A stretch of 64,000 nucleotides of DNA from Bacteroidia bacterium (GTDB lineage: Bacteria; Bacteroidota; Bacteroidia; M30B66). Location: NCBI GenBank assembly GCA_965279035.1, contig OZ257142.1, positions 2,080,001-2,144,000 on the forward strand, given 5' to 3'. A program made the translations under genes and the position numbers. Below are positions 40,611-53,830 of this stretch, piece after piece. The stretch's first letter is position 1. Each line of letters starts with the position of its first letter. The notes beneath the pieces were generated by a model. The model was not told the DNA's origin, did no database searches, and was given only the letters and a program-made list of their open reading frames with translations.

Positions 40611-41798
40611 ATGGCTAAAGAAAAATTCGACCGTTCCAAACCACACGTAAACATCGGAACCATTGGTCACGTTGACCACGGTAAAACAACGTTGACAGCT
40701 GCGATTACAACAGTGCTTGCGGCAGCTGGTCTGTCTGAAGCGCGTTCATTCGATTCAATTGATAATGCTCCGGAAGAAAAAGAACGTGGTATTACAATCA
40801 ATACATCACACGTTGAATATACTACAGCAAACCGTCACTACGCTCACGTTGACTGTCCAGGTCACGCGGATTATGTAAAGAACATGGTTACTGGTGCTGC
40901 CCAAATGGATGGTGCTATCCTTGTTGTTGCTGCTACTGATGGTCCAATGCCTCAAACACGTGAACACATCCTTCTTGCTCGTCAGGTTGGTGTACCTAAA
41001 CTTGTTGTATTCATGAACAAGGTGGATATGGTTGATGACGAAGAGCTTCTTGAGCTAGTTGAAATGGAAATTCGTGAGTTATTGACATTCTATCAATTTG
41101 ATGGTGATAATACTCCAATCATCCGCGGTTCAGCTCTTGGTGGATTGAATAATGATGCTAAATGGGTTCCTAAAATTCTTGAATTGATGGAAGCTGTTGA
41201 TAATTTCATTCCAATTCCTCCACGTCAGGTTGACCTTCCTTTCTTAATGCCAGTTGAAGATGTATTCTCGATCACAGGTCGTGGTACTGTTGCTACTGGT
41301 CGTATCGAAAGAGGAGTTGTAAACTCTGGTGAAGAGGTTGAAATCCTTGGAATGCAAGTTGAAAAACTTAAATCAGTTGTTACAGGGGTTGAGATGTTCC
41401 GTAAAATTCTTGACCGTGGTGAAGCTGGTGATAACGTAGGTCTACTTCTACGTGGTATCGATAAAGAAGCTATCCGTCGTGGAATGGTTATCGCAAAACC
41501 AGGATCAATTACTCCTCACACTGTTTTCAAAGCAGAGGTGTACATTTTGAAAAAAGAAGAAGGTGGACGTCACACTCCATTCCATAACAAATATCGTCCT
41601 CAGTTTTACTTACGTACAACTGACGTAACAGGAGAAATCATGTTACCTGAAGGTCGCGAAATGGTTGTACCTGGAGATAACGTTACAATTGAGGTAACTT
41701 TAATTGTACCAGTTGCTATGGACAAAGGACTTCGTTTTGCGATTCGTGAAGGTGGTCGTACAGTAGGTGCAGGACAGGTTACAGAGATCATTAAATAG
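40611..41798 (+). CDS. tuf: Elongation factor Tu
   Basis: [29 protein letters not shown]. Confidence 0.99.
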   Translation: MAKEKFDRSKPHVNIGTIGHVDHGKTTLTAAITTVLAAAGLSEARSFDSIDNAPEEKERGITINTSHVEYTTANRHYAHVDCPGHADYVKNMVTGAAQMDGAILVVAATDGPMPQTREHILLARQVGVPKLVVFMNKVDMVDDEELLELVEMEIRELLTFYQFDGDNTPIIRGSALGGLNNDAKWVPKILELMEAVDNFIPIPPRQVDLPFLMPVEDVFSITGRGTVATGRIERGVVNSGEEVEILGMQVEKLKSVVTGVEMFRKILDRGEAGDNVGLLLRGIDKEAIRRGMVIAKPGSITPHTVFKAEVYILKKEEGGRHTPFHNKYRPQFYLRTTDVTGEIMLPEGREMVVPGDNVTIEVTLIVPVAMDKGLRFAIREGGRTVGAGQVTEIIK

Positions 41799-41827
41799 TA
41801 AACCGGTATTCCGGTAAACAGGTAATT

Positions 41828-41865
41828 TAAAAGGTGCTTCGGTCATCATTGACCGGGCACCTTTT
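41828..41865 (+). terminator. Hairpin/terminator after tuf
   Basis: AAAAGGTGCTTCGGTCA-tcat-TGACCGGGCACCTTTT. Confidence 0.65.
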
Positions 41866-41920
41866 CGCCCTGTTTAGTGGAATCTAAATGAATTCAGTTT
41901 ATACTGATTTCTTTTAACAT

Positions 41921-41993
41921 ACGGGTGTAGCTCAATTGGTAGAGTAGTGGTCTCCAAAACCATTGGCTGGGGGTTCGAGTCCCTCCTCCCGTG
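41921..41993 (+). tRNA. tRNA-Trp(CCA)
   Basis: GTGGT-CTCCAAA-ACCAT anticodon arm, usual tuf-secE position; one T/T mismatch in the acceptor stem. Confidence 0.93.
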
Positions 41994-42009
41994 CAAAACT
42001 TTGAAAAGA

Positions 42010-42204
42010 ATGTCGAAGCTGGTAACATATATCGAAGAGTCTTACAATGAACTGGTTCATAAAGTGACATGGCCAACTTGGAGCGAACTACAAAGTTCTG
42101 CGATTGTTGTCATGATTTCTTCACTTATTATAGCACTTGTAATCTTCTTAATGGATTTTACATTCAGCCATGCGATGGAATTGTTTTATGACCTTTTTAA
42201 TTAA
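42010..42204 (+). CDS. secE: Preprotein translocase subunit SecE
   Basis: ELVHKVTWPT plus a single TM; start placed after the tRNA. Confidence 0.95.
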   Translation: MSKLVTYIEESYNELVHKVTWPTWSELQSSAIVVMISSLIIALVIFLMDFTFSHAMELFYDLFN

Positions 42205-42216
42205 TACTCGTTGGAG

Positions 42217-42768
42217 ATGACAGAAGAAATCACCAACACCAAGAAATGGTACGTTTTACGTGCCGTTAGTGGCAAGGAAAAAAAGGTGAAAGAATACATC
42301 GATTCTGAAATCGTTCACCACAACATTGCTGATTATATTTCTCAAGTTTTGATACCTACTGAAAAGGTTTATCAAATTCGTAATGGAAAAAAAATCAGTA
42401 AGGAACGTAGTTATTTTCCTGGGTATATCATGATTGAGGCTCTTATGATTGGTGAGATTCCACACATCTTGAAAAATATCCCTGGTGTTATTGGCTTTTT
42501 AGGTGATAAAGGTGCTCCAATTCCACTTCGTCCAGCTGAAGTGAATCGTATTCTTGGTAAAGTGGATGAGCTTTCAGAAAGTGATGCTGAAATCAATATT
42601 CCATTTATCATTGGTGAGTCTGTTAAAGTTGTTGATGGTCCTTTCAACAGTTTTACTGGAACAATTGAGGAAATAAATGAAGAGAAAAAGAAATTGACTG
42701 TTATGGTTAAGATTTTTGGTCGTAAAACACCTTTAGAACTTAACTACATGCAGGTAGAAAAGGAATAA
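42217..42768 (+). CDS. nusG: Transcription termination/antitermination factor NusG
   Basis: WYVLRAVSGKE, FPGY, KOW motif DGPF, IFGRKTP. Confidence 0.97.
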   Translation: MTEEITNTKKWYVLRAVSGKEKKVKEYIDSEIVHHNIADYISQVLIPTEKVYQIRNGKKISKERSYFPGYIMIEALMIGEIPHILKNIPGVIGFLGDKGAPIPLRPAEVNRILGKVDELSESDAEINIPFIIGESVKVVDGPFNSFTGTIEEINEEKKKLTVMVKIFGRKTPLELNYMQVEKE

Positions 42769-42869
42769 AAACAGTGGGCACACCTGGTGCTGTGTGAGGT
42801 TGTCTTCTCCGACATAATGCTTCCCCTCCTCATTCGAAAACAGGCCCCGCGATTCAATAACAAACAAAA

Positions 42870-43307
42870 ATGGCTAAAGAAGTAGGTGCACTCATAAAGT
42901 TACAGGTGAAAGGCGGCGCAGCCAATCCTTCTCCTCCAATCGGACCGGCACTCGGTGCGAAAGGGGTGAATATCATGGATTTCTGCAAGCAGTTCAACGC
43001 CCGTACACAGGAGCAGGCCGGTAAAGTTTTGCCAGTGATTATCACTGTTTATGTTGACAAGTCTTTTGACTTCATCGTAAAAACTCCGCCTGTGGCCATT
43101 CAACTCAAGGAAGCAACTAAATTACAAAGCGGTTCAGCTGAACCTAATCGTAAGAAAGTAGCAACCGTGACTTGGGATACTGTACGTTCTATTGCAGAAG
43201 CAAAAATGCCCGATTTAAACTGTTTTACAGTTGAATCAGCAATGAGCATGGTTGCAGGAACAGCGCGCAGTATGGGTATTAACGTTGACGGTCAGCGTCC
43301 TTTTTAA
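42870..43307 (+). CDS. rplK: 50S ribosomal protein L11
   Basis: [25 protein letters not shown]. Confidence 0.98.
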   Translation: MAKEVGALIKLQVKGGAANPSPPIGPALGAKGVNIMDFCKQFNARTQEQAGKVLPVIITVYVDKSFDFIVKTPPVAIQLKEATKLQSGSAEPNRKKVATVTWDTVRSIAEAKMPDLNCFTVESAMSMVAGTARSMGINVDGQRPF

Positions 43308-43331
43308 CTAACGAATTAAAGTTTGAGTGAA

Positions 43332-44027
43332 ATGGCACAACTGACAAAAAAACGAAAAGCAGTAATTTCAAAAGTAGAGCAGGATAAGTCCTACGCACTT
43401 TTAGAAGCAACTCGCTTGGTAAAAGAAATCTCCACAACAAAATTCGACTCATCTGTTGATGTTGCCGTTCGTTTGGGTGTAGATCCACGTAAAGCGAATC
43501 AAATGGTTCGTGGTATCGTGTCTCTTCCTCATGGAACTGGTAAAACAGTGCGTGTATTGGTTCTTTGTACTCCTGATAAGGAAGAAGAAGCTCGCGCAGC
43601 AGGTGCTGATCATGTTGGATTGGATGATTACATTGAGAAAATCAAAGGTGGTTGGACGGATGTTGATGTTATCATCACCATGCCAGCAATTATGGCCAAA
43701 GTAGGAGCTCTAGGACGTGTTCTAGGACCTCGTGGTTTGATGCCCAACCCGAAAACAGGTACTGTTACCGTTGAAGTAGGTAAAGCCGTGCAAGAAGTAA
43801 AAGCCGGTAAAATCGATTTCAAAGTGGATAAAACAGGTATCGTGCATGCAGCAATTGGCAAGACTTCTTTCTCAGAAGATAAATTGTTCGAAAATGCTAA
43901 AGAGCTTATTCAGACTATTCTGAAATTAAAGCCTTCTTCTGCAAAAGGAACATATGTGAGAAGTATTTACTTGTCAAGTACTATGAGTCCTTCAGTAGCA
44001 GTTGACATTAAGTCAGTCGGCGCCTGA
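43332..44027 (+). CDS. rplA: 50S ribosomal protein L1
   Basis: [28 protein letters not shown]. Confidence 0.98.
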   Translation: MAQLTKKRKAVISKVEQDKSYALLEATRLVKEISTTKFDSSVDVAVRLGVDPRKANQMVRGIVSLPHGTGKTVRVLVLCTPDKEEEARAAGADHVGLDDYIEKIKGGWTDVDVIITMPAIMAKVGALGRVLGPRGLMPNPKTGTVTVEVGKAVQEVKAGKIDFKVDKTGIVHAAIGKTSFSEDKLFENAKELIQTILKLKPSSAKGTYVRSIYLSSTMSPSVAVDIKSVGA

Positions 44028-44056
44028 TTATCTAAAAACTTTTAATTCTTGAAAAG

Positions 44057-44572
44057 ATGAAGAAAGAAGAAAAAGACCAGGTAATCATTGAACTGGTTGA
44101 AAAGTTAAGTGCAACTAAGAACTTCTACCTAACTGATACTTCTGCATTAACAGTTGAGAAAACGAATAAACTTCGTCGTACTTGCTTTAACAGAAAAATT
44201 GAGTTGAAGGTAGTTAAGAACACCTTGTTAAGAAAAGCGTTTGAACGCATGGAAATGGATTATTCTCCATTATTCCCAGTGCTTCATGGCTCAACTGCTG
44301 TTATGTTTACAGAATCTGTAAACGAACCAGCAAAACTGATCAAGGAGTTTCGTAAAACAAACGATAAGCCGATCTTGAAAGCCGCTTTTGTAGAAGAATC
44401 ATTCTACATCGGTGATAATCAAATCGATGCGCTTATCTCGATCAAAACCAAAAACGAGGTTATTGGTGAAATCATTGGCTTGTTACAATCACCTGCTAAA
44501 AATGTTATTTCAGCCCTTCAATCGGGAGGAAATACTATCGCTGGTCTTGTAAAAACGCTCTCTGAACGTTAA
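44057..44572 (+). CDS. rplJ: 50S ribosomal protein L10
   Basis: VVKNTL motif; lies between rplA and rplL. Confidence 0.95.
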   Translation: MKKEEKDQVIIELVEKLSATKNFYLTDTSALTVEKTNKLRRTCFNRKIELKVVKNTLLRKAFERMEMDYSPLFPVLHGSTAVMFTESVNEPAKLIKEFRKTNDKPILKAAFVEESFYIGDNQIDALISIKTKNEVIGEIIGLLQSPAKNVISALQSGGNTIAGLVKTLSER

Positions 44573-44632
44573 TAATAATCTCAATCCTTTTTTTAATAAT
44601 CCTTTTGTACAATCAACTAAAAACAACATACA

Positions 44633-45010
44633 ATGGCAGACTTGAAAGCTTTCGCGGAACAGTTGGTAAACCTAACCGTTAAGGAAGTGAACGAACTGGC
44701 TCAAATCCTTAAAGATGAATACGGTATCGAGCCGGCTGCTGCGGCAGTAGCAATCGCTGCACCTGCGGGTGGAGATGGCGCTGCAGCTGTTGAAGAAAAA
44801 ACGGCATTCGACGTAATCCTTAAGGCAGCTGGTGGTAACAAACTCGCAGTTGTGAAACTGGTTAAAGAATTAACTGGTCTTGGACTGAAAGAAGCAAAAG
44901 ATCTTGTTGACGGAGCCCCTAAGCCCCTGAAAGAAGGTGTTAGCAAGGAAGAAGCAGAAGCGTTAAAATCGCAACTGACTGAAGCCGGTGCTGAAGTAGA
45001 GGTTAAATAA
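44633..45010 (+). CDS. rplL: 50S ribosomal protein L7/L12
   Basis: Ala-rich hinge, [12 protein letters not shown]. Confidence 0.98.
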   Translation: MADLKAFAEQLVNLTVKEVNELAQILKDEYGIEPAAAAVAIAAPAGGDGAAAVEEKTAFDVILKAAGGNKLAVVKLVKELTGLGLKEAKDLVDGAPKPLKEGVSKEEAEALKSQLTEAGAEVEVK

Positions 45011-45027
45011 CCTTCTACTTACAAAAC

Positions 45028-45069
45028 AACAGCTAAGACTTCAATTTATATTGAGGTCTTTAGCTGTTT
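45028..45069 (+). terminator. Hairpin/attenuator between rplL and rpoB
   Basis: AACAGCTAAGACTTCAAT-ttat-ATTGAGGTCTTTAGCTGTT. Confidence 0.65.
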
Positions 45070-45119
45070 GTATGCATCCCCTTTTCTTTTGCATCATTTC
45101 ATTCTAAATTCCGAGTCCC

Positions 45120-48100
45120 TTGACTTACACTAAAAAACGCCCGAACAGGTTTAGCTTTGCTTCTAGCAAACTACCTATTGATTATCCTGATTTCCTCGAT
45201 GTTCAGGTTCAATCGTTCAAGGATTTCTTTCAGCTCGAAACAACACCGGAAAACCGTCAAAATGAAGGTCTCTTCAAAGTATTTGCAGAGAACTTCCCTA
45301 TTTCGGATGCGCGGAATAATTTCGTTCTGGAATTTCTCGATTACTTTATCGATCCTCCACGATACTCAATTGAAGAGTGTCTTGATCGCGGTTTAACACA
45401 CAGTGTTCCGCTAAAAGCAAAACTTAAATTATACTGTACCGATCCTGAGCACGAAGATTTCGAAACTATCGTGCAAGACGTGTATTTGGGAACTATCCCT
45501 TACATGACACCTAAAGGAACCTTTGTTATCAATGGTGCTGAACGTGTTGTAGTATCCCAATTACATCGTTCTCCCGGTGTGTTCTTCGGTCAAAGCCGAC
45601 ACGCTAACGGTACTAAACTATACTCTGCAAGGGTAATCCCTTTTAAAGGTTCCTGGATCGAATTTGCAACCGATATCAACAGTGTGATGTATGCTTACAT
45701 CGACCGTAAGAAAAAACTTCCGGTAACTACACTACTTCGTGCTATTGGTTACGAAAGCGATAAAGACATTCTTGAGATCTTTGGTCTTGCGGATGAATTC
45801 AAGGTAAGTAAATCCAGTATTAAGAATGTTGTAGGTCGTAAATTGGCTGCACGTGTTCTTAAAACTTGGATTGAAGACTTCGTTGATGAAGATACCGGTG
45901 AGGTAGTTTCGATCGAACGTAACGAAGTCATTATTGATCGTGAAGTTGTGATTGAAAAAGATCACCTCGATTTAATCCTTGAATCTGGAGTAAAATCAAT
46001 CATCCTTCATAAGGATGACATCAACTCTGCTGATTACACAATTATTTATAATACTCTCCAAAAGGATACGTCCAACTCGGAGAAAGAAGCGGTTGAACAT
46101 ATCTACCGTCAGCTTCGTAATGCTGAACCACCTGATGAGGAAACTGCTCGTGGTATCATAGACAAGCTTTTCTTTTCTGATAAACGTTATGACTTAGGTG
46201 ATGTTGGTCGTTACAGAATCAACAAAAAACTCAACCTGGAAATTGACCAGGAAACACGTGTTCTTACAAAACAAGACATTATCTCTATCATCCGCTACTT
46301 GATCGAATTGATCAATTCAAAAGCAGATGTGGATGATATTGACCACTTGTCAAATCGTCGTGTACGTACTGTTGGTGAACAACTTTATGGACAGTTCGGT
46401 GTCGGACTTTCTCGTATGGCACGTACCATTCGTGAACGTATGAACGTACGTGATAACGAGGTGTTTACACCAACTGATTTGATTAATGCTAAGACCTTAT
46501 CTAGCGTTATCAATTCGTTCTTTGGAACCAATCAGTTGTCTCAGTTTATGGATCAAACCAACCCGCTTTCGGAGATAACGCATAAGCGTCGTCTTTCTGC
46601 ACTCGGGCCAGGTGGTCTTTCACGTGAACGCGCTGGTTTTGAGGTACGTGACGTCCATTATACACATTATGGTCGCCTTTGTACGATTGAAACACCTGAA
46701 GGTCCAAACATTGGTTTGATTTCTTCACTTTGCGTTTTTGCGAAAATTAACAAACTAGGTTTCATTGAAACTCCATACCGAACTGTTACAAACGGTAAGG
46801 TTGATATTGATAAACCCATTGTATATTTAAGCGCTGAAGAAGAAGAAACATCGATTATCGCTCAATCTAAAACTTCAACCGACGATAATGGTAATTTCAT
46901 GGATGCTCGTGTAAAAGCACGATTCGCCGGAGATTTTCCAGTTGTTGAGCCAAGTCAGATTAAGTTGATGGACGTTGCTCCAAATCAAATTGCATCCATT
47001 GCAGCTTCATTAATTCCTTTCCTTGAACACGATGATGCAAACCGTGCTTTGATGGGTTCAAACATGATGCGTCAGGCAGTTCCTTTGTTGAATCCTGAAG
47101 CACCTTATGTTGGAACTGGACTAGAAGCATCTGTTGCCCGCGATTCTCGTGTGTTGATAAACGCAGAAGGTGAAGGAACTGTAGAATGGGTTGATGCTAA
47201 CGAAATCGTTATTCGTTACAATCGTTCAGAAGATGATCGTTTGGTTAGTTTTGAAGACGACATTCGTACATATAAGCTTACTAAATTCCGTAAAACCAAC
47301 CAGAATACTACAATCAACTTGAAGCCAATTGTGGCAAAAGGTGAAAAAGTATCACTTGGTCAAGTTTTATGCGAAGGATATGCAACACAAGGCGGCGAAC
47401 TTGCTTTAGGTCGTAACTTGAAAGTAGCATTCATGCCTTGGAAAGGTTACAATTTCGAGGATGCAATTGTAATTTCTGAGCGTATTATTCGTGAAGATGT
47501 ATTTACTAGCCTCCATATTGAGGAATTTATTCTTGAAGTACGCGATACAAAACGTGGTCTCGAAGAATTAACTTCTGATATTCCGAATGTTAGTGAAGAA
47601 GCTACGAAAGATCTCGATGAGAATGGATTAATTCGAATTGGTGCTGATGTAAAACCAGGTGATATTCTCATCGGTAAGATCACACCGAAAGGCGAAACAG
47701 ATCCTTCTCCAGAAGAAAAATTGTTACGTGCCATTTTTGGTGATAAAGCAGGTGATGTGAAAGATGCTTCTTTAAAGGCACCTCCATCATTAAATGGTGT
47801 TGTGATCGATAAGAAATTATTCTCTCGAATCATTAAAGACCGTAAATCGAAGACAGAAGAAAAACCAACTCTTGCTAAGATTGATCAAGAGCGCGACAAG
47901 GAAATTGTTGAATTGAAAAGTCGTTTGGTTGATAAACTCTTCCAATTGGTAAATGGTAAAACATCTCAAGGAATAAATAACAATTTCAAAGAAGAAGTAG
48001 TTCCTAAAGGAGCTAAGTTCACTGTGAAAATGTTACAGGGAATTGATTATTCATCTGTAAATCCAAGCAAATGGACTACAGATAAGGATAAGAATCTCTT

Positions 48101-48932
48101 GATTAAAACCTTGTTGAATAATTACCTAATTCGTTTCAACGACATCAATGGTATCGCAAAACGCAAAAAATTTGCTGCTACTGTTGGTGATGAACTTCCT
48201 GCTGGAATAGTTCAATTGGCTAAAGTTTATATCGCTAAGAAACGTAAGTTGAAAGTGGGTGATAAAATGGCTGGTCGTCACGGTAATAAAGGGATTGTTG
48301 CCAAAATTGTTCGTGATGAGGAAATGCCATTCCTAGAAGATGGAACTCCTGTAGATATCGTATTGAATCCACTGGGTGTACCTTCACGGATGAACCTTGG
48401 ACAGATATACGAAACTGTTCTTGCTTGGGCAGGTAAAGAATTGGGAATGACTTTCGCGACACCAATTTTCGATGGTGCTACGATCGATCAAATCAATGAA
48501 TATACTGATAAAGCTGGTGTTCCACGTTATGGTAGAACTTTCCTTCATGATGGAGGAACTGGAGATCGTTTCGATCAACCAGCAACAGTTGGTATAATCT
48601 ACATGCTTAAACTCGGCCACATGGTTGACGATAAGATGCATGCTCGTTCAATCGGACCATATTCACTTATTACTCAACAACCATTGGGTGGTAAGGCACA
48701 GTTCGGAGGTCAGCGTTTTGGAGAGATGGAAGTTTGGGCACTTGAAGCTTTTGGTGCAGCTAACATTCTTCAAGAAATCCTTACTGTTAAGTCTGATGAT
48801 GTTATTGGACGTGCCAAGGCTTATGAAGCAATAGTGAAAGGTGATAACATGCCTACGCCAGGTATTCCTGAGTCGTTCAATGTGTTATTGCATGAACTAC
48901 GCGGCCTCGGCCTGAAAATTACACTCGACTAG
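45120..48932 (+). CDS. rpoB: RNA polymerase beta subunit (TTG start)
   Basis: [44 protein letters not shown]. Confidence 0.99.
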   Translation: MTYTKKRPNRFSFASSKLPIDYPDFLDVQVQSFKDFFQLETTPENRQNEGLFKVFAENFPISDARNNFVLEFLDYFIDPPRYSIEECLDRGLTHSVPLKAKLKLYCTDPEHEDFETIVQDVYLGTIPYMTPKGTFVINGAERVVVSQLHRSPGVFFGQSRHANGTKLYSARVIPFKGSWIEFATDINSVMYAYIDRKKKLPVTTLLRAIGYESDKDILEIFGLADEFKVSKSSIKNVVGRKLAARVLKTWIEDFVDEDTGEVVSIERNEVIIDREVVIEKDHLDLILESGVKSIILHKDDINSADYTIIYNTLQKDTSNSEKEAVEHIYRQLRNAEPPDEETARGIIDKLFFSDKRYDLGDVGRYRINKKLNLEIDQETRVLTKQDIISIIRYLIELINSKADVDDIDHLSNRRVRTVGEQLYGQFGVGLSRMARTIRERMNVRDNEVFTPTDLINAKTLSSVINSFFGTNQLSQFMDQTNPLSEITHKRRLSALGPGGLSRERAGFEVRDVHYTHYGRLCTIETPEGPNIGLISSLCVFAKINKLGFIETPYRTVTNGKVDIDKPIVYLSAEEEETSIIAQSKTSTDDNGNFMDARVKARFAGDFPVVEPSQIKLMDVAPNQIASIAASLIPFLEHDDANRALMGSNMMRQAVPLLNPEAPYVGTGLEASVARDSRVLINAEGEGTVEWVDANEIVIRYNRSEDDRLVSFEDDIRTYKLTKFRKTNQNTTINLKPIVAKGEKVSLGQVLCEGYATQGGELALGRNLKVAFMPWKGYNFEDAIVISERIIREDVFTSLHIEEFILEVRDTKRGLEELTSDIPNVSEEATKDLDENGLIRIGADVKPGDILIGKITPKGETDPSPEEKLLRAIFGDKAGDVKDASLKAPPSLNGVVIDKKLFSRIIKDRKSKTEEKPTLAKIDQERDKEIVELKSRLVDKLFQLVNGKTSQGINNNFKEEVVPKGAKFTVKMLQGIDYSSVNPSKWTTDKDKNLLIKTLLNNYLIRFNDINGIAKRKKFAATVGDELPAGIVQLAKVYIAKKRKLKVGDKMAGRHGNKGIVAKIVRDEEMPFLEDGTPVDIVLNPLGVPSRMNLGQIYETVLAWAGKELGMTFATPIFDGATIDQINEYTDKAGVPRYGRTFLHDGGTGDRFDQPATVGIIYMLKLGHMVDDKMHARSIGPYSLITQQPLGGKAQFGGQRFGEMEVWALEAFGAANILQEILTVKSDDVIGRAKAYEAIVKGDNMPTPGIPESFNVLLHELRGLGLKITLD

Positions 48933-48996
48933 ATTTCCAGACCCCGACATCCAAACTGGATGTCGGGATCTTTTATTCATTTGAATCTGATCTATA

Positions 48997-51900
48997 ATGG
49001 CTTTACGCAAAGACATAAAACTCAAGAGTAACTTCAAACAGATCATCGTTAGTTTGGCATCCCCGGAAGATATCCTGGACCAAAGTCATGGTGAAGTTTT
49101 GAAACCAGAAACGATCAATTACAGAACATATAAACCAGAAATGGGTGGCTTGTTTTGTGAACGTATTTTTGGACCAGTTAAAGATTACGAATGCCACTGC
49201 GGTAAATACAAACGAATTCGTTATAAAGGAATTATTTGTGATCGTTGTGGAGTAGAAGTTACTGAAAAGAAAGTACGTCGTGAGCGTATGGGACACATCC
49301 AATTGGTAGTTCCTGTTGCTCATATTTGGTTCTTTCGTTCACTTCCTAATAAAATTGGTTACTTACTCGGATTAGCAACCAAGAAATTGGATGCGATCAT
49401 TTACTACGAACGTTATGTAGTAATTCAAGCGGGTATGGCTGGTGAACATGGATTAAATTACATGGATTTTCTAACCGAAGAAGAATACCTTCAGGTTTTA
49501 GAAAATTTACCTAAAGAAAACCAATACTTGGATGATGCCGATCCAAACAAGTTCATCGCCAAAATGGGAGCTGATGCATTGTATATGCTTTTGTCTCGCT
49601 TGAATTTGGAAGAACTATCTTACGATCTTCGTCACAAAGCAAATACTGAAACTTCGCAACAACGTAAAAATGAAGCGCTTAAGCGTCTTCAAGTTGTTGA
49701 AGCATTCCGTATGGCTAATGAGGGTAACAAAGTAAATCGTCCTGAATGGATGATTTTAAAAGTAATCCCTGTTATCCCACCAGAATTACGTCCACTTGTT
49801 CCTTTGGATGGTGGTCGATTTGCAACTTCTGATTTAAATGACCTTTATCGTCGCGTTATTATTCGTAATAACCGATTGAAGCGTTTGATCGAAATCAAAG
49901 CTCCTGAGGTAATCTTACGTAACGAGAAACGGATGTTACAAGAAGCAGTGGATTCATTGCTTGATAACTCACGTAAATCAAATGCTGTAAAGACAGAATC
50001 AAACCGTGCCTTGAAATCCCTTTCCGATTCTTTGAAAGGAAAACAAGGTCGTTTCCGTCAGAACTTACTCGGAAAACGTGTCGATTATTCTGCTCGTTCG
50101 GTAATTGTCGTTGGACCAGATTTGAAACTTCATGAGTGCGGTCTTCCAAAAGACATGGCTGCTGAATTATTCAAACCGTTCATCATTCGTAAAATGATTG
50201 AGCGTGGTGTAGTTAAAACTGTTAAGAGTGCTAAAAAAATCGTTGACAAGAAAGAACCAATCGTTTGGGATATTCTTGAAAATATTTTGAAAGGCCACCC
50301 TGTTCTTCTTAACCGCGCCCCAACACTTCACCGTTTAGGTATTCAGTCCTTTCAACCAAAATTGATTGAAGGAAAAGCGATTCAGCTTCACCCATTGGTT
50401 TGTACGGCATTCAACGCCGATTTCGATGGTGACCAAATGGCTGTTCACGTTCCACTTGGAAATGCAGCAATTTTGGAAGCTCAGTTATTGATGCTTGCTT
50501 CTCATAACATCCTAAACCCTGCGAACGGAGCTCCTATTACAGTTCCATCTCAGGACATGGTTTTGGGTCTTTATTACACCACTAAAGGTCGTCGTACAGA
50601 TGCAACTCGTGTTATTAAAGGAGAAGGTTCTACTTTTTACTCTGCTGAAGAAGTTATCATTGCATACAATGAAAAACGCATTGATCTTCACGCTTGGATT
50701 AAGGTAAAACACAATGTAAAAGAAGGAGATGTTCTAGTAAATAAAATTATTGAAACTACTGTAGGTCGTGTCCTGTTTAATCAGGTAGTTCCTCCACAAG
50801 TTGGTTTCATTAATGAATTGTTGACTAAGAAATCACTTCGTGACATTATTGGAAATATCGTTAAGGAAACAGGTATGGCAGTAACTGCCAAGTTTTTGGA
50901 TGATATCAAAGATCTTGGATTTACAATGGCATTCCGCGGTGGTCTTTCTTTCAACTTAGGTGACGTTATTGTTCCTGAGGATAAAGAGAAGATGGTTGAA
51001 GATGCAAATACGCAAGTGGAAGAAGTAATGATGAACTATAATATGGGTTTCATTACTAACAACGAGCGTTACAACCAAATCATCGATATCTGGACGCATA
51101 CTAACTCTCGTCTAACTCAACGTTTGATGACTCAGTTGGTTAACGACAACCAAGGTTTTAACCCGATTTACATGATGCTCGATTCTGGAGCACGTGGTTC
51201 TAAAGAGCAGATTCGTCAGCTTTCTGGAATGCGTGGTCTAATGGCGAAACCTCAAAAATCAGGAGCCTCTGGTGGTGAGATTATTGAAAATCCGATCCTT
51301 TCTAACTTTAAGGAAGGTCTATCGATCCTTGAGTATTTCATTTCTACCCACGGTGCACGTAAAGGACTTGCAGATACGGCTTTGAAAACGGCAGATGCTG
51401 GTTACTTAACACGTCGTTTGGTAGATGTATCTCAAGATGTGATTATTTGTTTGGAAGATTGCGGAACACTTCGTGGTTTAACTGCAATTCCATTGAAAAA
51501 CAATGAAGAAATCGTTGAAAGTCTTTACGACAGAATTTTAGGTCGTACTTCTCTTCACGATGTATATAGCCCTACAACAGGTGAATTATTAATTAATAGC
51601 GGTGATCAGATTCGTGAAGATGAAGCTAGAAAAATTGAAGCTTCAGGTTTAGAATCTGTTGAAATTCGTTCCGTATTAACTTGTGAATCTGAACAAGGAG
51701 TATGTTCAAAATGCTACGGAAGAAATTTAGCTAGTGGACGTATGGTTCAAAAAGGTGAAGCAGTTGGTGTTATTGCTGCTCAATCAATTGGAGAACCTGG
51801 TACTCAGCTTACACTTCGTACATTCCACGTTGGGGGTACGGCATCAAACACAGCAACTGCATCTAAAGTAGAAGCTAAATTTGATGGTATTCTTGAAATT

Positions 51901-53292
51901 GATGAATTACGTACAGTATCTAAGGAAGATGAAAACGGTAATCCAGTAGAGATCGTAATTGGTCGTTCAGCTGAAATGCGTATCATCGATCCAAAGACAA
52001 TGGTCATCCTAACAACAGCAAATATTCCATATGGAGCTTCCATGTTCGCTAAAAATGGCGTTACAGTGAAGAAAGGAGATTTGATTTGTGAATGGGATCC
52101 ATATAATGCTGTAATTATTTCTGAAACTGCTGGTAAGATTAGCTTTGAAGATCTTGAAGATGGTATTACTTATCGTGAAGAAAGTGATGAACAAACAGGT
52201 TTCCGTGAAAAAGTAATCATTGAACGTCGTGATAAAACTAAAAACCCGATGATTAAAATCATTGATGGTTCTAAAGAAGTCGTTCGTTCATATTCACTTC
52301 CCGTAGCAGCTCACATTGTTGTGAATGATGGTCAAAAGGTGAAAATCGGTGAAACACTCGTAAAAATCCCTCGCCAAAACGGTAAATTAGGTGATATCAC
52401 TGGTGGTCTTCCACGTGTGACCGAGTTGTTTGAAGCTCGTAATCCATCGAATCCTGCCGTTGTTTCTGAAATTGATGGTATTGTATCTTTTGGTAAAGTG
52501 AAACGCGGTAACCGAGAGGTAATTATTGAATCTAAAACAGGTGAACAAAAGAAATATCTAATTTCTTTAAGTAAGCATATTTTGGTTCAAGAGAACGACT
52601 ACGTAAAAGCTGGTCAGCCATTAAGTGAAGGTGCAACTACACCAGGAGATATCTTGGCTATCAAAGGTCCAACTAAAGTTCAGGAATACTTAGTGAATGA
52701 AATTCAGGAAGTATATCGTTTACAAGGTGTGAAAATCAACGATAAGCACTTCGAGGTAATTGTTCGCCAGATGATGCGTAAAGTGGAAATTCTTGATCCA
52801 GGTGACACGAAATTCCTAGAAGGTCAGATGAATAACAAGTTGGAATTCAACTTAGAGAACGACTATATTTTCGATAAGAAAGTAGTGTTGGATCCGGGTG
52901 ATTCTACTACGTTGAAAGCGGGCCAGATCGTTACTGCTCGTAAGCTTCGTGATGAAAATTCGATGCTGAAGCGTAAAGATTTAAGAGTTGTTGAATCTCG
53001 TGATGCAGTTCCTGCAACTGCTAATCAAGTTCTTCAAGGTATTACTCGCGCTTCATTACAAACGAAGAGCTTCATTTCTGCTGCTTCCTTCCAGGAAACA
53101 ACTAAAGTGTTGAATGAAGCTGCAATTAGCGCTAAATCGGATGAATTACTTGGCTTGAAAGAGAATGTAATTGTTGGTCACTTAATTCCAGCTGGTACAG
53201 GTTTACGTGAATATGAAAACATTGTAGTTGGTTCACAAGATGAATACAATGTACTAATGGCTTCAAAGAAACGTAAAGAAGAATTAGCTTAA
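48997..53292 (+). CDS. rpoC: RNA polymerase beta' subunit
   Basis: NADFDGDQM catalytic motif, zinc-binding cysteines, GEPGTQLT. Confidence 0.99.
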   Translation: MALRKDIKLKSNFKQIIVSLASPEDILDQSHGEVLKPETINYRTYKPEMGGLFCERIFGPVKDYECHCGKYKRIRYKGIICDRCGVEVTEKKVRRERMGHIQLVVPVAHIWFFRSLPNKIGYLLGLATKKLDAIIYYERYVVIQAGMAGEHGLNYMDFLTEEEYLQVLENLPKENQYLDDADPNKFIAKMGADALYMLLSRLNLEELSYDLRHKANTETSQQRKNEALKRLQVVEAFRMANEGNKVNRPEWMILKVIPVIPPELRPLVPLDGGRFATSDLNDLYRRVIIRNNRLKRLIEIKAPEVILRNEKRMLQEAVDSLLDNSRKSNAVKTESNRALKSLSDSLKGKQGRFRQNLLGKRVDYSARSVIVVGPDLKLHECGLPKDMAAELFKPFIIRKMIERGVVKTVKSAKKIVDKKEPIVWDILENILKGHPVLLNRAPTLHRLGIQSFQPKLIEGKAIQLHPLVCTAFNADFDGDQMAVHVPLGNAAILEAQLLMLASHNILNPANGAPITVPSQDMVLGLYYTTKGRRTDATRVIKGEGSTFYSAEEVIIAYNEKRIDLHAWIKVKHNVKEGDVLVNKIIETTVGRVLFNQVVPPQVGFINELLTKKSLRDIIGNIVKETGMAVTAKFLDDIKDLGFTMAFRGGLSFNLGDVIVPEDKEKMVEDANTQVEEVMMNYNMGFITNNERYNQIIDIWTHTNSRLTQRLMTQLVNDNQGFNPIYMMLDSGARGSKEQIRQLSGMRGLMAKPQKSGASGGEIIENPILSNFKEGLSILEYFISTHGARKGLADTALKTADAGYLTRRLVDVSQDVIICLEDCGTLRGLTAIPLKNNEEIVESLYDRILGRTSLHDVYSPTTGELLINSGDQIREDEARKIEASGLESVEIRSVLTCESEQGVCSKCYGRNLASGRMVQKGEAVGVIAAQSIGEPGTQLTLRTFHVGGTASNTATASKVEAKFDGILEIDELRTVSKEDENGNPVEIVIGRSAEMRIIDPKTMVILTTANIPYGASMFAKNGVTVKKGDLICEWDPYNAVIISETAGKISFEDLEDGITYREESDEQTGFREKVIIERRDKTKNPMIKIIDGSKEVVRSYSLPVAAHIVVNDGQKVKIGETLVKIPRQNGKLGDITGGLPRVTELFEARNPSNPAVVSEIDGIVSFGKVKRGNREVIIESKTGEQKKYLISLSKHILVQENDYVKAGQPLSEGATTPGDILAIKGPTKVQEYLVNEIQEVYRLQGVKINDKHFEVIVRQMMRKVEILDPGDTKFLEGQMNNKLEFNLENDYIFDKKVVLDPGDSTTLKAGQIVTARKLRDENSMLKRKDLRVVESRDAVPATANQVLQGITRASLQTKSFISAASFQETTKVLNEAAISAKSDELLGLKENVIVGHLIPAGTGLREYENIVVGSQDEYNVLMASKKRKEELA

Positions 53293-53303
53293 TCTGAATT
53301 ACT

Positions 53304-53621
53304 ATGGAAGAAAATCAAAATCCGGAAGGACAATTAAACATTGAGCTTTCTGAAGAAGTAGCTGAAGGAATTTATTCTAATCTAGCTATTATAACACATT
53401 CCAATTCGGAGTTTGTTGTTGATTTCATCAAAGTAATGCCAGGAGTTCCAAAAGCGCGTGTAAAATCTCGTATTGTACTTACGCCTCAACATGCCAAACG
53501 TTTGCTTACTGCTTTGAAAGAAAATGTAGCAAAATTTGAATCAGTTCATGGAACAATTAAAGTTGATAATGGAGCTGCAGCGTTTCCTATGAATTTTGGT
53601 GGACCTACTGCTCAGGCATAA
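53304..53621 (+). CDS. DUF3467 domain protein
   Basis: AEGIYSNLAIITHSNSEFVVDF...SRIVLTPQHAKRL; usual gene after rpoC in Bacteroidota. Confidence 0.85.
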   Translation: MEENQNPEGQLNIELSEEVAEGIYSNLAIITHSNSEFVVDFIKVMPGVPKARVKSRIVLTPQHAKRLLTALKENVAKFESVHGTIKVDNGAAAFPMNFGGPTAQA

Positions 53622-53637
53622 TTGAAATTAATTTTTG

Positions 53638-53675
53638 AAGCGGGTAAACGGATACTTTCTGTTTACCCGTTTTTT
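53638..53675 (+). terminator. Intrinsic terminator of the rpo operon
   Basis: GCGGGTAAACGGA-tactt-TCTGTTTACCCGTTTTTT. Confidence 0.88.
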
Positions 53676-53830
53676 ATTGGAGTTTTAGTAAAATGTATAT
53701 CACAATTAATATTAGAAATTGATTTCATTAGAAATCTGACAATGTAACATTCTTAGTTATTATCAGTAAAACAAAAGGTTTTTTTATTGAATTTCTTAAG
53801 GATTCAGATATCAAAAACTTATTTTACTCG

